Shown one piece after another: positions 42,549 to 51,414 of a stretch of 64,000 nucleotides of DNA (position 1 is its first letter; the number at the start of each line of letters is the position of its first letter). Under the pieces are notes generated by a model. That model was not told the DNA's origin and made no database searches. It saw only the letters and a list, made by a program, of their open reading frames with translations. The stretch comes from a virus (lineage: Duplodnaviria > Caudoviricetes), in IMG/VR virus record IMGVR_UViG_3300033121_002154, positions 28,908 through 92,907 of that record; one strand, given 5' to 3'. The position numbers and the translations under genes were made by a program.

Positions 42549-44132
42549 ATGAAGCAAATTTTAATATTAATTATGTTTTTTTGCAGTTTTTCTATTTTAA
42601 ATGCTAATCCTACAACTATAAAAATTAGTGCAATTTTTGAGGGCAGATATAATTCTCAAAATAATTCTATGATTGGTGATTCTGCAAAAGTTTATATAAG
42701 ACAAAACAACTATCCCTATTTAATAATAGATTCATCTGTAAATTTTATTGGAAATAATTTTGAGGGATATTTTAGTTTTAATAATATTATAACTGGCAAT
42801 TATTTTATTACATTAAAGCATAGAAATTCAATTCAAGTATGGAGTAATCCGGGAATTAAAATAACCAGAGGAATTTTAAATTATTATGATTTTACAAAAC
42901 CCGGAGCTGTTTATGCAAATAATGTAAAATTTCTGGATAATCAAGCAACAAAATTTGCACTATATTCTGGTGATATAAACCAAGATGGAATTATAGACGT
43001 TTGGGATATATCTTATGTCGAAAATCATCTCGGCAATGAAGGTTATGATATAGCAGATTTAAGTGGAGATGATTTTGTTGATGCATCAGATTTAAGTATT
43101 ATAGAAAATAATATTGACACAATTGTTATGATAAAAAATCCCCCAACAACATTAACATATCCAAAAATTATATATCCGCCTATTAAATCAAGTACAACTA
43201 ATGATATTTTATTATTGCCATATACTTCTGTCATTAAAGTTAATGATACATTTTTTATGTATTATTTAATTCCTGGGTTAGGTACAAAATTAGACACATC
43301 ATTAGATGGAATAAATTGGAAATTTAAAGCAAATGTTTCTGTAAATAGAAATAATGTTCCATCAAAAGGAGACTCATTATATTCAGTAATTTATAAAAAT
43401 GGCTTATGGTATAGTGGGTGGACATGTCATGCATATGTTGGTTCAGTTTACACAGAATTTATTAATATAGCTGTTAGTTCAAATGGAGTAAATTTTACTC
43501 AATATTCAGGAAATCCATTACCATTTAGAGTAGGTGAAGATTTATCATTTTTTAATAATATAGATTCATTTTATTGTTATATAAGACCTGCAATTCCAAT
43601 GTATGTTTATCCGCGTCAAATTGGTTTAATGAAAAGTCGTGATTTTATAAATTGGACAAAAATTGATACCATAATAAAATTTTCTAATTCTGATTATACT
43701 AATTCATTATCGCCGTTATATTTAAAGCAACCATATAATATGAATGTTATAAAAATTGGAAATGATTGGTGGGGCTTTATGCAAACATTGCGAATAGAAG
43801 ATGATGGTACAGAAGCCTGGAGATTTCCATATACTGAATTAGAAGAAACTGTTGAAACATTATTAATGTATAGCAATGATGGTAAAAATTGGAAATATAC
43901 AAATAATAAAAAACCGTTTATTCCGTTACATGATTCTATAAAACAAGTTTATGCATTACCAACAATAGTTAATGATTCTTTGTACATTTATTCCTTTGAA
44001 AGTTCTTTAAGGCATGCAGGTTATTCACTTGCATATGGCGGACAAGCAGCAGTTGACTTTGCAAAAGGTAAAAAATGGAAAATTTTTCTTTATAAATTTT
44101 CAATAAATGATTTAAATTTTTGGAAACCATAA
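42549..44132 (+). CDS. secreted protein: signal peptide, dockerin-like domain, beta-propeller glycoside hydrolase-like domain
   Basis: MKQILILIMFFCSFSILNA; GDINQDGIID / DLSGDDFVDASD; repeated S.DG.NW / S.DF.NW motifs; RBS AGAGGAG. Confidence 0.75.
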   Translation: MKQILILIMFFCSFSILNANPTTIKISAIFEGRYNSQNNSMIGDSAKVYIRQNNYPYLIIDSSVNFIGNNFEGYFSFNNIITGNYFITLKHRNSIQVWSNPGIKITRGILNYYDFTKPGAVYANNVKFLDNQATKFALYSGDINQDGIIDVWDISYVENHLGNEGYDIADLSGDDFVDASDLSIIENNIDTIVMIKNPPTTLTYPKIIYPPIKSSTTNDILLLPYTSVIKVNDTFFMYYLIPGLGTKLDTSLDGINWKFKANVSVNRNNVPSKGDSLYSVIYKNGLWYSGWTCHAYVGSVYTEFINIAVSSNGVNFTQYSGNPLPFRVGEDLSFFNNIDSFYCYIRPAIPMYVYPRQIGLMKSRDFINWTKIDTIIKFSNSDYTNSLSPLYLKQPYNMNVIKIGNDWWGFMQTLRIEDDGTEAWRFPYTELEETVETLLMYSNDGKNWKYTNNKKPFIPLHDSIKQVYALPTIVNDSLYIYSFESSLRHAGYSLAYGGQAAVDFAKGKKWKIFLYKFSINDLNFWKP

Positions 44133-44143
44133 TTATAAAAAAT

Positions 44144-44171
44144 AATCTGAGGAATTTTTATTCCTCAGATT
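44144..44171. terminator. probable bidirectional terminator
   Basis: AATCTGAGGAA / TTCCTCAGATT inverted repeat between convergent genes. Confidence 0.7.
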
Positions 44172-44581
44172 TCTTTTTATCACAATTACATACAAATTTT
44201 TTCAAATAATTATTTTTTAATATTTTATAATAATAATAATCAAAAGAATCATGTTTATTCTGATTTGATTTTTTATATTTTATAAAATATTTTCGCATAT
44301 GCTGCAATAATATTAAACGAAATGTTTTATCAATTTCTTTATTACGATGCAATTTTTTCCCACTTAAAATTTTGTGCCTTAGATAATTCATTTGCTAAAA
44401 ATGGATTAGCATTATCAATATCTCGTTCATCACCATAAATATATCTTAAAAATTCATCTAAAAGTTTATTATCTTCAGGCGAATTCATTTCAAGAATATC
44501 TGGAACAACTAACTCTAATTCTATTTTAATTTTCATATATTTATTTTTAAATTACTATAAAAAATTTAATTTTAAAATTTG

Positions 44582-44653
44582 TGATCGGCGGAGAATTCGA
44601 ATCTCCATTCTTGGGATGTAAACCCAGTTTTCTAACCGTTGAAATAGCCGACC
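44582..44653 (-). tRNA. tRNA-Val(TAC), no encoded CCA
   Basis: Cloverleaf GGTCGGC/GCCGATC; loop TT-TAC-AT; T-loop TTCGAAT. Confidence 0.85.
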
Positions 44654-44662
44654 AAACAATTG

Positions 44663-44735
44663 TAGTTGGTAGAGGAATCGAACCTCTATTCATCGGATAT
44701 AAGCCGATTTCTTTGCACCATTAAGATAACCAACC
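44663..44735 (-). tRNA. tRNA-Ile(TAT), no encoded CCA
   Basis: GGTTGGT/ACCAACT; ATCGG-CT-TAT-AT-CCGAT; T-loop TTCGATT. Confidence 0.88.
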
Positions 44736-44742
44736 AAAAATA

Positions 44743-44903
44743 GTCCCCGAAAGAGGAATCGAACCTCTACAAAAATAAATTTTCAATTTAATTAGATTAT
44801 ATAAATATCATCACTATCTATACAAAATTTAAATTTTATTCTGTTCTCACAAACCCGTGATGAAAGTTTCAGTGATAGCATCGCCAATTGTGCAGTTCGA
44901 GGA
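44743..44903 (-). ncRNA. 161-nt tRNA-like RNA with expanded anticodon and variable regions
   Basis: Acceptor TCCTCGAA/TTCGGGGA; D-like GCA..TGG..TGC; ATCACT/AGTGAT stem around about 55 nt; T-arm AGAGG-TTCGATT-CCTCT. Confidence 0.65.
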
Positions 44904-45315
44904 ATTTTATGTAAATATAATTTCTTCTTCTAATGCAAGTGCATCGGAACAACCATTTTTAAATTGAATAATTTGATCTAAAAAATATTCATCAATTGAT
45001 TTATTTTTCATATAAATTGCTTCATCTAATATCTTTCTTATTTTCTGAATTTCGGTTATAGAAAAACTTCCCTCAGAATCAGAATGATTTAAAAGTGGGA
45101 AAATATCTAAATTTTTAAGTTCATTTATAGATTTTTTTCTATACGATTTTCTATGTTCCAAAACTGCATCAGTATCATATTCAATATATTCATTTAAATT
45201 TATATTAAAAAGTTTAGCAAGTTTTATCCTAAATTCATTAAAACTGCCACAACTTCCATCATAACAATTATGTGATACTGTAACACCCATGATTTTTAAT
45301 TTTTAGGTTAATAAA

Positions 45316-45393
45316 TGGTGGACTTTCCCAGAGTCGAACTGGATTCTTATGTGCTTCAAACATACGCTGAATAACCCTACTAGCTCAAAGTCC
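45316..45393 (-). tRNA. tRNA-Phe(GAA), CCA encoded
   Basis: GGACTTT/AAAGTCC-A-CCA; TATGT-TT-GAA-GC-ACATA. Confidence 0.85.
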
Positions 45394-46051
45394 TTATTAA
45401 TTCTTGTTTTGTATAATTTTTAATTTCATTAAATAATTTTTTTTCAATTATGAAAATTTTATTTTTTAACCAAATATTTTGTTCTAAAACTAATCTCATT
45501 TTTTCTTTATCATCTCCCCACCAAAACCCTTTTATTTCAATAAATTTATCAAATATTGGTAAATAAAAATCTGGCGTATATCTTTTTTCTTTTTCATCTT
45601 TTTTATAAATAATTGGTTTACATCTTTCCCATTTTATATCAAATTCATTTAATTTTAGAGCAAAATCCCTCTCCCAGCTTCCCTGAACTTTTTTACCATT
45701 TACTTCATACCATTTACTTTTTCCGCCAGGATTATTTTGACTCATTTCTAATGAATGAAATTTTCTTTTTTCTTCAGTCCAAATAGCCCATCCATTTTTT
45801 TTATAAATACCTTCCTTTACTTGTTTTTTTAATTTATTTGAAAGATTTTTTGAGCTCTTTAAAATTCTTTCATCTATATTTTTATTCAAATTTTTATTCC
45901 AAGGAACCCGACCCTTAGGTGCACCTCCAAACTTTCTACCAAGATGCACTTTTAATATATGAGTTGAAATACCCTTATAAGAATATTTCTTTATACAATG
46001 TGGACATTGATAATTTCCATCAGAACATTTCCATTTATTTAAAATTTTCAT
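45380..46051 (-). CDS. putative homing endonuclease (C2H2 finger, NUMOD-like segment, PD-(D/E)XK domain)
   Basis: CPHC...H....H; PWNK; S.WE...YTPDFYLP....IEIKG; stop codon lies inside tRNA-Phe. Confidence 0.8.
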   Translation of the reverse strand: MKILNKWKCSDGNYQCPHCIKKYSYKGISTHILKVHLGRKFGGAPKGRVPWNKNLNKNIDERILKSSKNLSNKLKKQVKEGIYKKNGWAIWTEEKRKFHSLEMSQNNPGGKSKWYEVNGKKVQGSWERDFALKLNEFDIKWERCKPIIYKKDEKEKRYTPDFYLPIFDKFIEIKGFWWGDDKEKMRLVLEQNIWLKNKIFIIEKKLFNEIKNYTKQELIRTLS

Positions 46052-46097
46052 TTTAAATAAATATTACCGAAAATTATCTAATATTAAAAATCAACTG

Positions 46098-46128
46098 CTG
46101 GTGCATATGCCATATCTGCCAAAGCCCC
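46098..46128 (-). pseudogene. orphan tRNA 5' half
   Basis: GGGGCTT-TG-GCA-GATATGGCATA-TGC-A-CCAG: acceptor 5' strand, D-arm and start of anticodon stem with no 3' half. Confidence 0.55.
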
Positions 46129-46161
46129 ATTTATTTTTAATATATAAATGTAATAAACATT

Positions 46162-46178
46162 TATTACTTCAATATTAC
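46162..46178 (-). promoter_or_regulatory. direct-repeat promoter box
   Basis: TATTAC-TTCAA-TATTAC, 34 nt upstream of the tRNA half. Confidence 0.75.
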
Positions 46179-46684
46179 TTTTTCAATAAATTTTGTATCT
46201 GAATTTTTTTATCTCTAATAAATTTTAAAGTCTTATTATAACTTTGAATTCTTTTATTATCTTTTTGATTGTTATTTGCAGCTTTATCAGAACTAAAAAC
46301 TCCATACCATTTATATCCACTATACAACTTTTTCATATTGCTTTCTTAATTTAAATTATACTTTCTTTTTCTTATTTCATCTATAAATTTTTTATAGTTT
46401 AACAATCTTTTTTCATCTCTTTTTTTATGATTTTGATTTGCAACAACTGTTTCTGTTGAAAAATCACCATACCATGCGTAATTTTTATATAAAGATTTCC
46501 TCATTTTTGTAGTATTTGAAAAATTTTTTTTATTAACTTTTTTATAATATTTATTAACAATTATTTCTTTTTCATTAAAATCAATATAACTATCAATATA
46601 AATTTTTTCATCTAATAAAAAAATATCTTCCCCTAAAAAATTATTCATTTAAAAAATTATTCATTTAAAAAAAATTTTATGTTG

Positions 46685-46759
46685 GGTGTCTGATGGGTTA
46701 CGATCCCACACTCTTTCGAGTCACAATCGAATGTTTTAGCCAATTAAACTACAGACACC
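46685..46759 (-). tRNA. tRNA-His(GTG)
   Basis: G-1:C73; GTGTCTG/CAGACAC; TTCGA-TT-GTG-AC-TCGAA; atypical T-loop ATCGTAA. Confidence 0.85.
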
Positions 46760-47191
46760 ATAATATACTTTTTATTTTAACTTTGATTACCTATACATAT
46801 AAATTATCCATATAATAAAAATAAATCAGAATTAAAAAATTCTTTAAATTTTATATCTGGGTCAAAAATTTCTTTTAATTTTTTTTATTAAATTCAATTA
46901 AAAATTCTTTATTGCTTTTAAAAAAATATTTCATAAATTAATATTATCTTTTATAAAATTCAATATATAAATTCGGATATTTATATTAACAATTAGTTAT
47001 AACTCCAATATTTATTATACCTGAATTTTCTTTTCTATTTTATTTACTAATTATTGTAAATATTCAATTATCAAAAAGTTATCATCTTAATCATTAATTT
47101 CTATTGAAGATAAATCATCTTTTTGCAATGGTATTCCCCATCTTAAAAGAGTTTTTAGTTCCACTATTAATAATACCATAATTTATTTTTT

Positions 47192-47365
47192 TTAATTAAA
47201 ATAATCTTTATATAATTCATTTATAGTTGGGCCCATACAAAAATTTTTTGAATTAGGGTTAAAATAAGCATCAAAAAATTCTTTTATTGTAATATTGTTA
47301 TATTTAATTTTAGTTTCAGCTTTAATTAAGATTAAATCTTTATTAAGTTTAAAAAAATATTTCAT
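47192..47365 (-). CDS. 57-aa MKYFFKLNKDLI microprotein
   Basis: ATG-to-TAA ORF just after tRNA-Leu(CAA); 5' about 40 bp identical to 47563-47736. Confidence 0.55.
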   Translation of the reverse strand: MKYFFKLNKDLILIKAETKIKYNNITIKEFFDAYFNPNSKNFCMGPTINELYKDYFN

Positions 47366-47379
47366 AAATTAAAAATATG

Positions 47380-47460
47380 TGTTTCAAAAGAGATTCGAAC
47401 TCTTAAGTCTATTAAGGTGTATGCTTTTGAGGCATATATTTACCGTTTCATCATTTGACC
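47380..47460 (-). tRNA. tRNA-Leu(CAA), degenerate acceptor stem (possible pseudogene)
   Basis: TATGC-CT-CAA-AA-GCATA; long variable arm; T-arm intact; acceptor mismatched. Confidence 0.6.
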
Positions 47461-47467
47461 AAATTTA

Positions 47468-47552
47468 TGGTGACCCAGGAGAGATTTGAACTCTCATACC
47501 ATTTCTGGCACAGGTTTCTAAGACCTGCATGTATACATTCCATCACTGGGCC
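47468..47552 (-). tRNA. tRNA-Leu(TAG), CCA encoded
   Basis: GGCCCAG/CTGGGTC-A-CCA; CAGGT-CT-TAG-AA-ACCTG; long variable arm. Confidence 0.9.
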
Positions 47553-47562
47553 TGTCAAAAAT

Positions 47563-47736
47563 TTATACTTTCCATTGAGGATAACTTTCATCATCAAATT
47601 TATATTGTCTATAATTTGCATCTATAATTGATGAAATATCTGATGTAAGTTTTACCTCAAGAAATTGTATGGGTACAACTTTATTTTCAAATTTTAATTT
47701 AATTAAATCTTTATTAAGTTTAAAAAAATATTTCAT
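47563..47736 (-). CDS. 57-aa MKYFFKLNKDLI microprotein
   Basis: ORF just after tRNA-Pro; shared 5' repeat. Confidence 0.55.
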   Translation of the reverse strand: MKYFFKLNKDLIKLKFENKVVPIQFLEVKLTSDISSIIDANYRQYKFDDESYPQWKV

Positions 47737-47751
47737 AAATTTATTTAGTAG

Positions 47752-47826
47752 TCAAGGTGGCGGGCATCGAACCCGCGAACCCCCGGCTCCAAACCGGGCA
47801 CTAACATCCATCCTAGCTCCACCCTG
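47752..47826 (-). tRNA. tRNA-Pro(TGG)
   Basis: CAGGGTG/CACCTTG; CCCGG-TT-TGG-AG-CCGGG. Confidence 0.9.
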
Positions 47827-47849
47827 AAAATTTTATTAATATTACTTTG

Positions 47850-47930
47850 TTGCGGGAGGAGGAATCGAACCTCCGACTCCTTTCAGAAGGGGGTTATGAG
47901 CCCCCCGAACTACCACTATTCAATCCCGCA
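47850..47930 (-). tRNA. tRNA-Met(CAT), initiator-like, with long variable arm
   Basis: TGCGGGA/TCCCGCA; GGGGG-CT-CAT-AA-CCCCC; extra arm TTCT-GAA-AGGA. Confidence 0.85.
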
Positions 47931-47963
47931 AAAAACCATTTCTATATTTCTAAATTATAAAAG

Positions 47964-48048
47964 TACTCCTGGAGGGACTCGAACCCTCACCCCATTAAAG
48001 AGATATGAGCTTAAATCATATGTGTACTGCCAATTTCACCACAGGAGC
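47964..48048 (-). tRNA. tRNA-Leu(TAA)
   Basis: GCTCCTG/CAGGAGT; TATGA-TT-TAA-GC-TCATA; long variable arm. Confidence 0.9.
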
Positions 48049-48057
48049 ATCAAAAAT

Positions 48058-48113
48058 AAGGCGAATGGTATTTTTTATTCATCCATAAAGTTAATAGGAA
48101 CCATTTTTGCCTT
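48058..48113 (-). ncRNA. hairpin element downstream of the TerD-like gene
   Basis: AAGGC-AAAA-AUGG-UUCCUA...UA-CCAU-UC-GCCUU; related copy at 49952-49998. Confidence 0.55.
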
Positions 48114-48121
48114 AAGAATTT

Positions 48122-49936
48122 TTAATTCAGTAAAGAAATTAAAGAATCTTTTGAAAGAACTTTTAAATCAATATCTGGAGATTCATCAGTAAAAGTAAAT
48201 CCTGAATCTTTTAATAATTTATTTAATGATAAATAACATTCACTTGTATCTGCAGCATATTCAGTATATAAATCTGTTATTGACATTCTACTTATTCTGC
48301 CAGAACCTGTTCTAAAATTTGTTAATATAAATTTATTATTTACTAAAACTCCAAATGTTTTTTCTTGTGAATCCATTTCTAAATCAATTGAAAATAAAAT
48401 ATTATTTGGATCTACCATATAGTTGGGTTCCAGATTTGTTATTTTTTCTGTTGCAAAAAATAATTTTAATTTACTTCCAATCTCACCATTAAAAAGATTT
48501 GCTTTTATTAAACCCTTCATTTCAAATCCTTTTGTAGCATATATTAATTCTGTTGCCTCTGGATTTGCATTAGTCATATCACCCGAATAAATTATTGAAT
48601 TAGAATCATTATAATAACTTGAATTCCAACCAATTTTATAACCTGAAATATCATTAAGACTTAAATCAATATCTCTAGCACCATCAACATTTCTCCAATT
48701 TATACCTATTATGGCATCTTTATTTGATAAATCGAAACTTGTTCCAAGAGGAAAATTGCCTATAAATGATTTTTCACTTGTCGGTAAAGCCAAATTTACA
48801 TTTTTTGGTAAACTAATTGTACATGCTTTTTTCTTTAAAGATTCAACTAAACTTTCATATATTAAATAAAAACATCCCAATAATTCACCTGCACTTATCT
48901 TTGATTTTTTTTTTATTTCATTTTGTTTCATAAATAACTTTTGGTTTCTAATCACATAAGCATTCATATCAAGATTTAACAACCTGATATTAATAGTTTG
49001 CAATAATAATATTTTTTTGAAGTTAGAAATTTTTTCCAATTTTTCTAAAGTTAAATCATTCAAAAATTGTTTATTGCTTAATAAATTTTCAAAATATCCT
49101 ATTTTCATGGGTTCGTGAAACTTTTTCGCTAATTTTCTTAGTTTATTAATTATACTTGCATTTTTTTTATTTTTGAAACTTAAAAAAATTGGTTTAAATC
49201 TAAGAAATACTGATGCCAATTTTTCAATTCCGAAATCTTTTACATATTTTTCAAATGCAACATCATGAACGTTATCTTGAATTAATTGTAATGTTTGTTT
49301 GTCTTTTATTAATAGAGATTTTCCAGTTACAGAATATACTAAAAATCTTACCATTTCAACTGGATCTTTCGGCATAATATTTGTTGTTTTGCAAATAAAC
49401 ATTTTTGCCTCTCTATTTTTAACACTTTCAACATCTACAACATAATCAAAATAATTAAATATAGATAATATATTTTCAATGGTTTCTTGTTTTAGAGCAA
49501 TACCACTAAATAACATATTTTCACATTTTTCCAAAACTTCTTCTTTACTAATTATATTTATAACTTGAAATTTAGTAAATTCTATATTTTCAATTTTAGA
49601 AAGATTATGTGCATCATCTATTACTTTTGGAATATATGGTTCACCCTGAAAATCTGTGCCATATGTAGAAGCATAATGCTTCAACTGATCTATAAATAAT
49701 TCGAATCTTGATTTTTTAATAATTGAATTCCAGCTTTTATAAAAAGTTGAATTGTAGTCAAATGTTTTTGTTTTAATAAAATTTATCACTTCATCTGAAC
49801 AAGCATCGGGATGTATTAAATATCCCTTGGGTACTGTAATTTTATTCACATACTCAAAAGACAATTTTTTATCATCATCTACTTTCAAAGAGTTATTAAA
49901 TAACTCAATTACTAAATTGTTTATATTATTTTTCAT
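48122..49936 (-). CDS. large helical protein with C-terminal TerD-like domain
   Basis: GINW....RDIDLS...IGWN..Y......YSGD.TNA...ATE; start taken at ATG 49936. Confidence 0.6.
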   Translation of the reverse strand: MKNNINNLVIELFNNSLKVDDDKKLSFEYVNKITVPKGYLIHPDACSDEVINFIKTKTFDYNSTFYKSWNSIIKKSRFELFIDQLKHYASTYGTDFQGEPYIPKVIDDAHNLSKIENIEFTKFQVINIISKEEVLEKCENMLFSGIALKQETIENILSIFNYFDYVVDVESVKNREAKMFICKTTNIMPKDPVEMVRFLVYSVTGKSLLIKDKQTLQLIQDNVHDVAFEKYVKDFGIEKLASVFLRFKPIFLSFKNKKNASIINKLRKLAKKFHEPMKIGYFENLLSNKQFLNDLTLEKLEKISNFKKILLLQTINIRLLNLDMNAYVIRNQKLFMKQNEIKKKSKISAGELLGCFYLIYESLVESLKKKACTISLPKNVNLALPTSEKSFIGNFPLGTSFDLSNKDAIIGINWRNVDGARDIDLSLNDISGYKIGWNSSYYNDSNSIIYSGDMTNANPEATELIYATKGFEMKGLIKANLFNGEIGSKLKLFFATEKITNLEPNYMVDPNNILFSIDLEMDSQEKTFGVLVNNKFILTNFRTGSGRISRMSITDLYTEYAADTSECYLSLNKLLKDSGFTFTDESPDIDLKVLSKDSLISLLN

Positions 49937-49951
49937 AATTTTTTTAAAATC

Positions 49952-49998
49952 GGCGGATAGTACTTTAGTCAAATGAATTTTTAGGAACTATCTTTGCC
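49952..49998 (-). ncRNA. hairpin element in the 5' leader of the TerD-like gene
   Basis: GGC-AAAG-AUAG-UUCCUA...UA-CUAU-CC-GCC. Confidence 0.55.
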
Positions 49999-50063
49999 AA
50001 ATTTATACATTTATAATATTTTCTAATTTTTGCTATATTGTATATTAAATTAATTCTTTTTAA

Positions 50064-50124
50064 AATTATTTAATAAAAAGTAATATTTCAATGTTACTTA
50101 AATATTACTTTTTATTAAATAATT
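50064..50124. repeat. perfect 25-bp inverted repeat overlapping a promoter box (50092-50108)
   Basis: AATTATTTAATAAAAAGTAATATTT-11 nt-AAATATTACTTTTTATTAAATAATT. Confidence 0.85.
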
Positions 50125-50149
50125 AAATTTATTTTTTTATTATTTAAAG

Positions 50150-50223
50150 TGGAGATAGTGAGAATCGAACTCACCGCAAATTGCTTGCAAAGCATTTTCG
50201 CCGCCATTGGAACATGTACCCCC
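50150..50223 (-). tRNA. tRNA-Ala(TGC)
   Basis: GGGGGTA/TATCTCC with G3:U70; TT-TGC-AA loop. Confidence 0.85.
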
Positions 50224-50547
50224 AGATTTATGAATTGTTATGCGGAACTGCATTTTGCCCCAAATCAGCTATATCGGCATTCACCTTTGATAATTCATAT
50301 TCTATACAATCAGAAGTAATTGTATAAAAATTATCATTATCAATTTTAATTATTAATATATTAGAATAATCATTTATAACTGTTGCTATTTTATCAGCGA
50401 GATTTATTGATTTTTCAACTGGATTTGATAGTCTATTTTCAAAAAATATTTTTTGTAATTCATTAACAGGTTTTAATTTTACTAATCGCATTTTTTTAAA
50501 CTTTTAAAAATAAAAAAATATTTAATTATAAAAATTTTATAATTTTG

Positions 50548-50621
50548 TACAGGTAACCGGGATCGAACCGGTTCTATTCAGGTTTGGAAGACCCGTGCAC
50601 CACCAATTATGCGTTACCTGC
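50548..50621 (-). tRNA. tRNA-Gly(TCC)
   Basis: GCAGGTA/TACCTGT; CGGGT-CT-TCC-AA-ACCTG. Confidence 0.88.
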
Positions 50622-51117
50622 TTTTATTTAAAATCTTAAATTCTTCTTTTGTCTAATTATTAAATTCCGTAACCAAATCTTTTAATATTGAAATGCACTA
50701 TCACCAGGTTCTTTTCTTATTACATTTCCCAACTCAATTTTAGCAGATGTCATTTGCGTATATTTTTGATAAATTGGTAAAAATTTACTATTTTTTAATC
50801 CAAACTCATCTTCATCTTCTTTAGTAGAAAAATAAAATTTAACTTCTTTTATCTCAATATTAGAAGGAAGAATCATATTAGAAGATATAAAAGAATTTTT
50901 TATTTTATAATTTTTTATTTTTTTACTTATTTCTAAATTTAGAATTTCCGATGCAAAAGATTCCAAATTTTTTTGAGAAACATTATAAAAACGAAAAAAT
51001 ATAGAATAATTCATTATTTTTATATTTATTTTTAAAAAACACTATCGCAACAAACTGAACAATTCCAAAATAATGCTTCTCGGGTACCATTACAAAATTC
51101 ACAAACTTCTTCCTTGG

Positions 51118-51162
51118 ATTCTTTATCATTTAATTCTTTATCATTTAATTCTTTATCATTTA
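51118..51162. repeat. 3 x 15-bp tandem repeat
   Basis: attctttatcattta x3 (NDKEL on minus strand). Confidence 0.9.
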
Positions 51163-51414
51163 TATTTTTACTCTTTGAAGTTGATTTATTTAATTTCAGT
51201 TTTTTTCTTTTTTTTGTGTTCAGTAATCTTGTCTTCCATAAAATTATTTATTTTCTTTAACATATTTGATAATATTTTTTGTTTTTCTTTTTGAATCTCA
51301 ACTAAAATATCATAATAATCATAGATAAGTTCAAAATAATCTCTAAATATTTTAATTTCTTCTATTTCTTTTAATGTTAAATTAATTTTTTCCATTTTTA
51401 CATAAAAATTTTTG

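Noticed and set aside
45393-46098. Group I intron in a tRNA
   Set aside because: No P/Q/R/S core visible, the ORF fills the interval, and the downstream tRNA-Phe is already complete.
47896-48192. 98-aa plus-strand ORF
   Set aside because: Antisense to tRNA-Met and tRNA-Leu; spurious.
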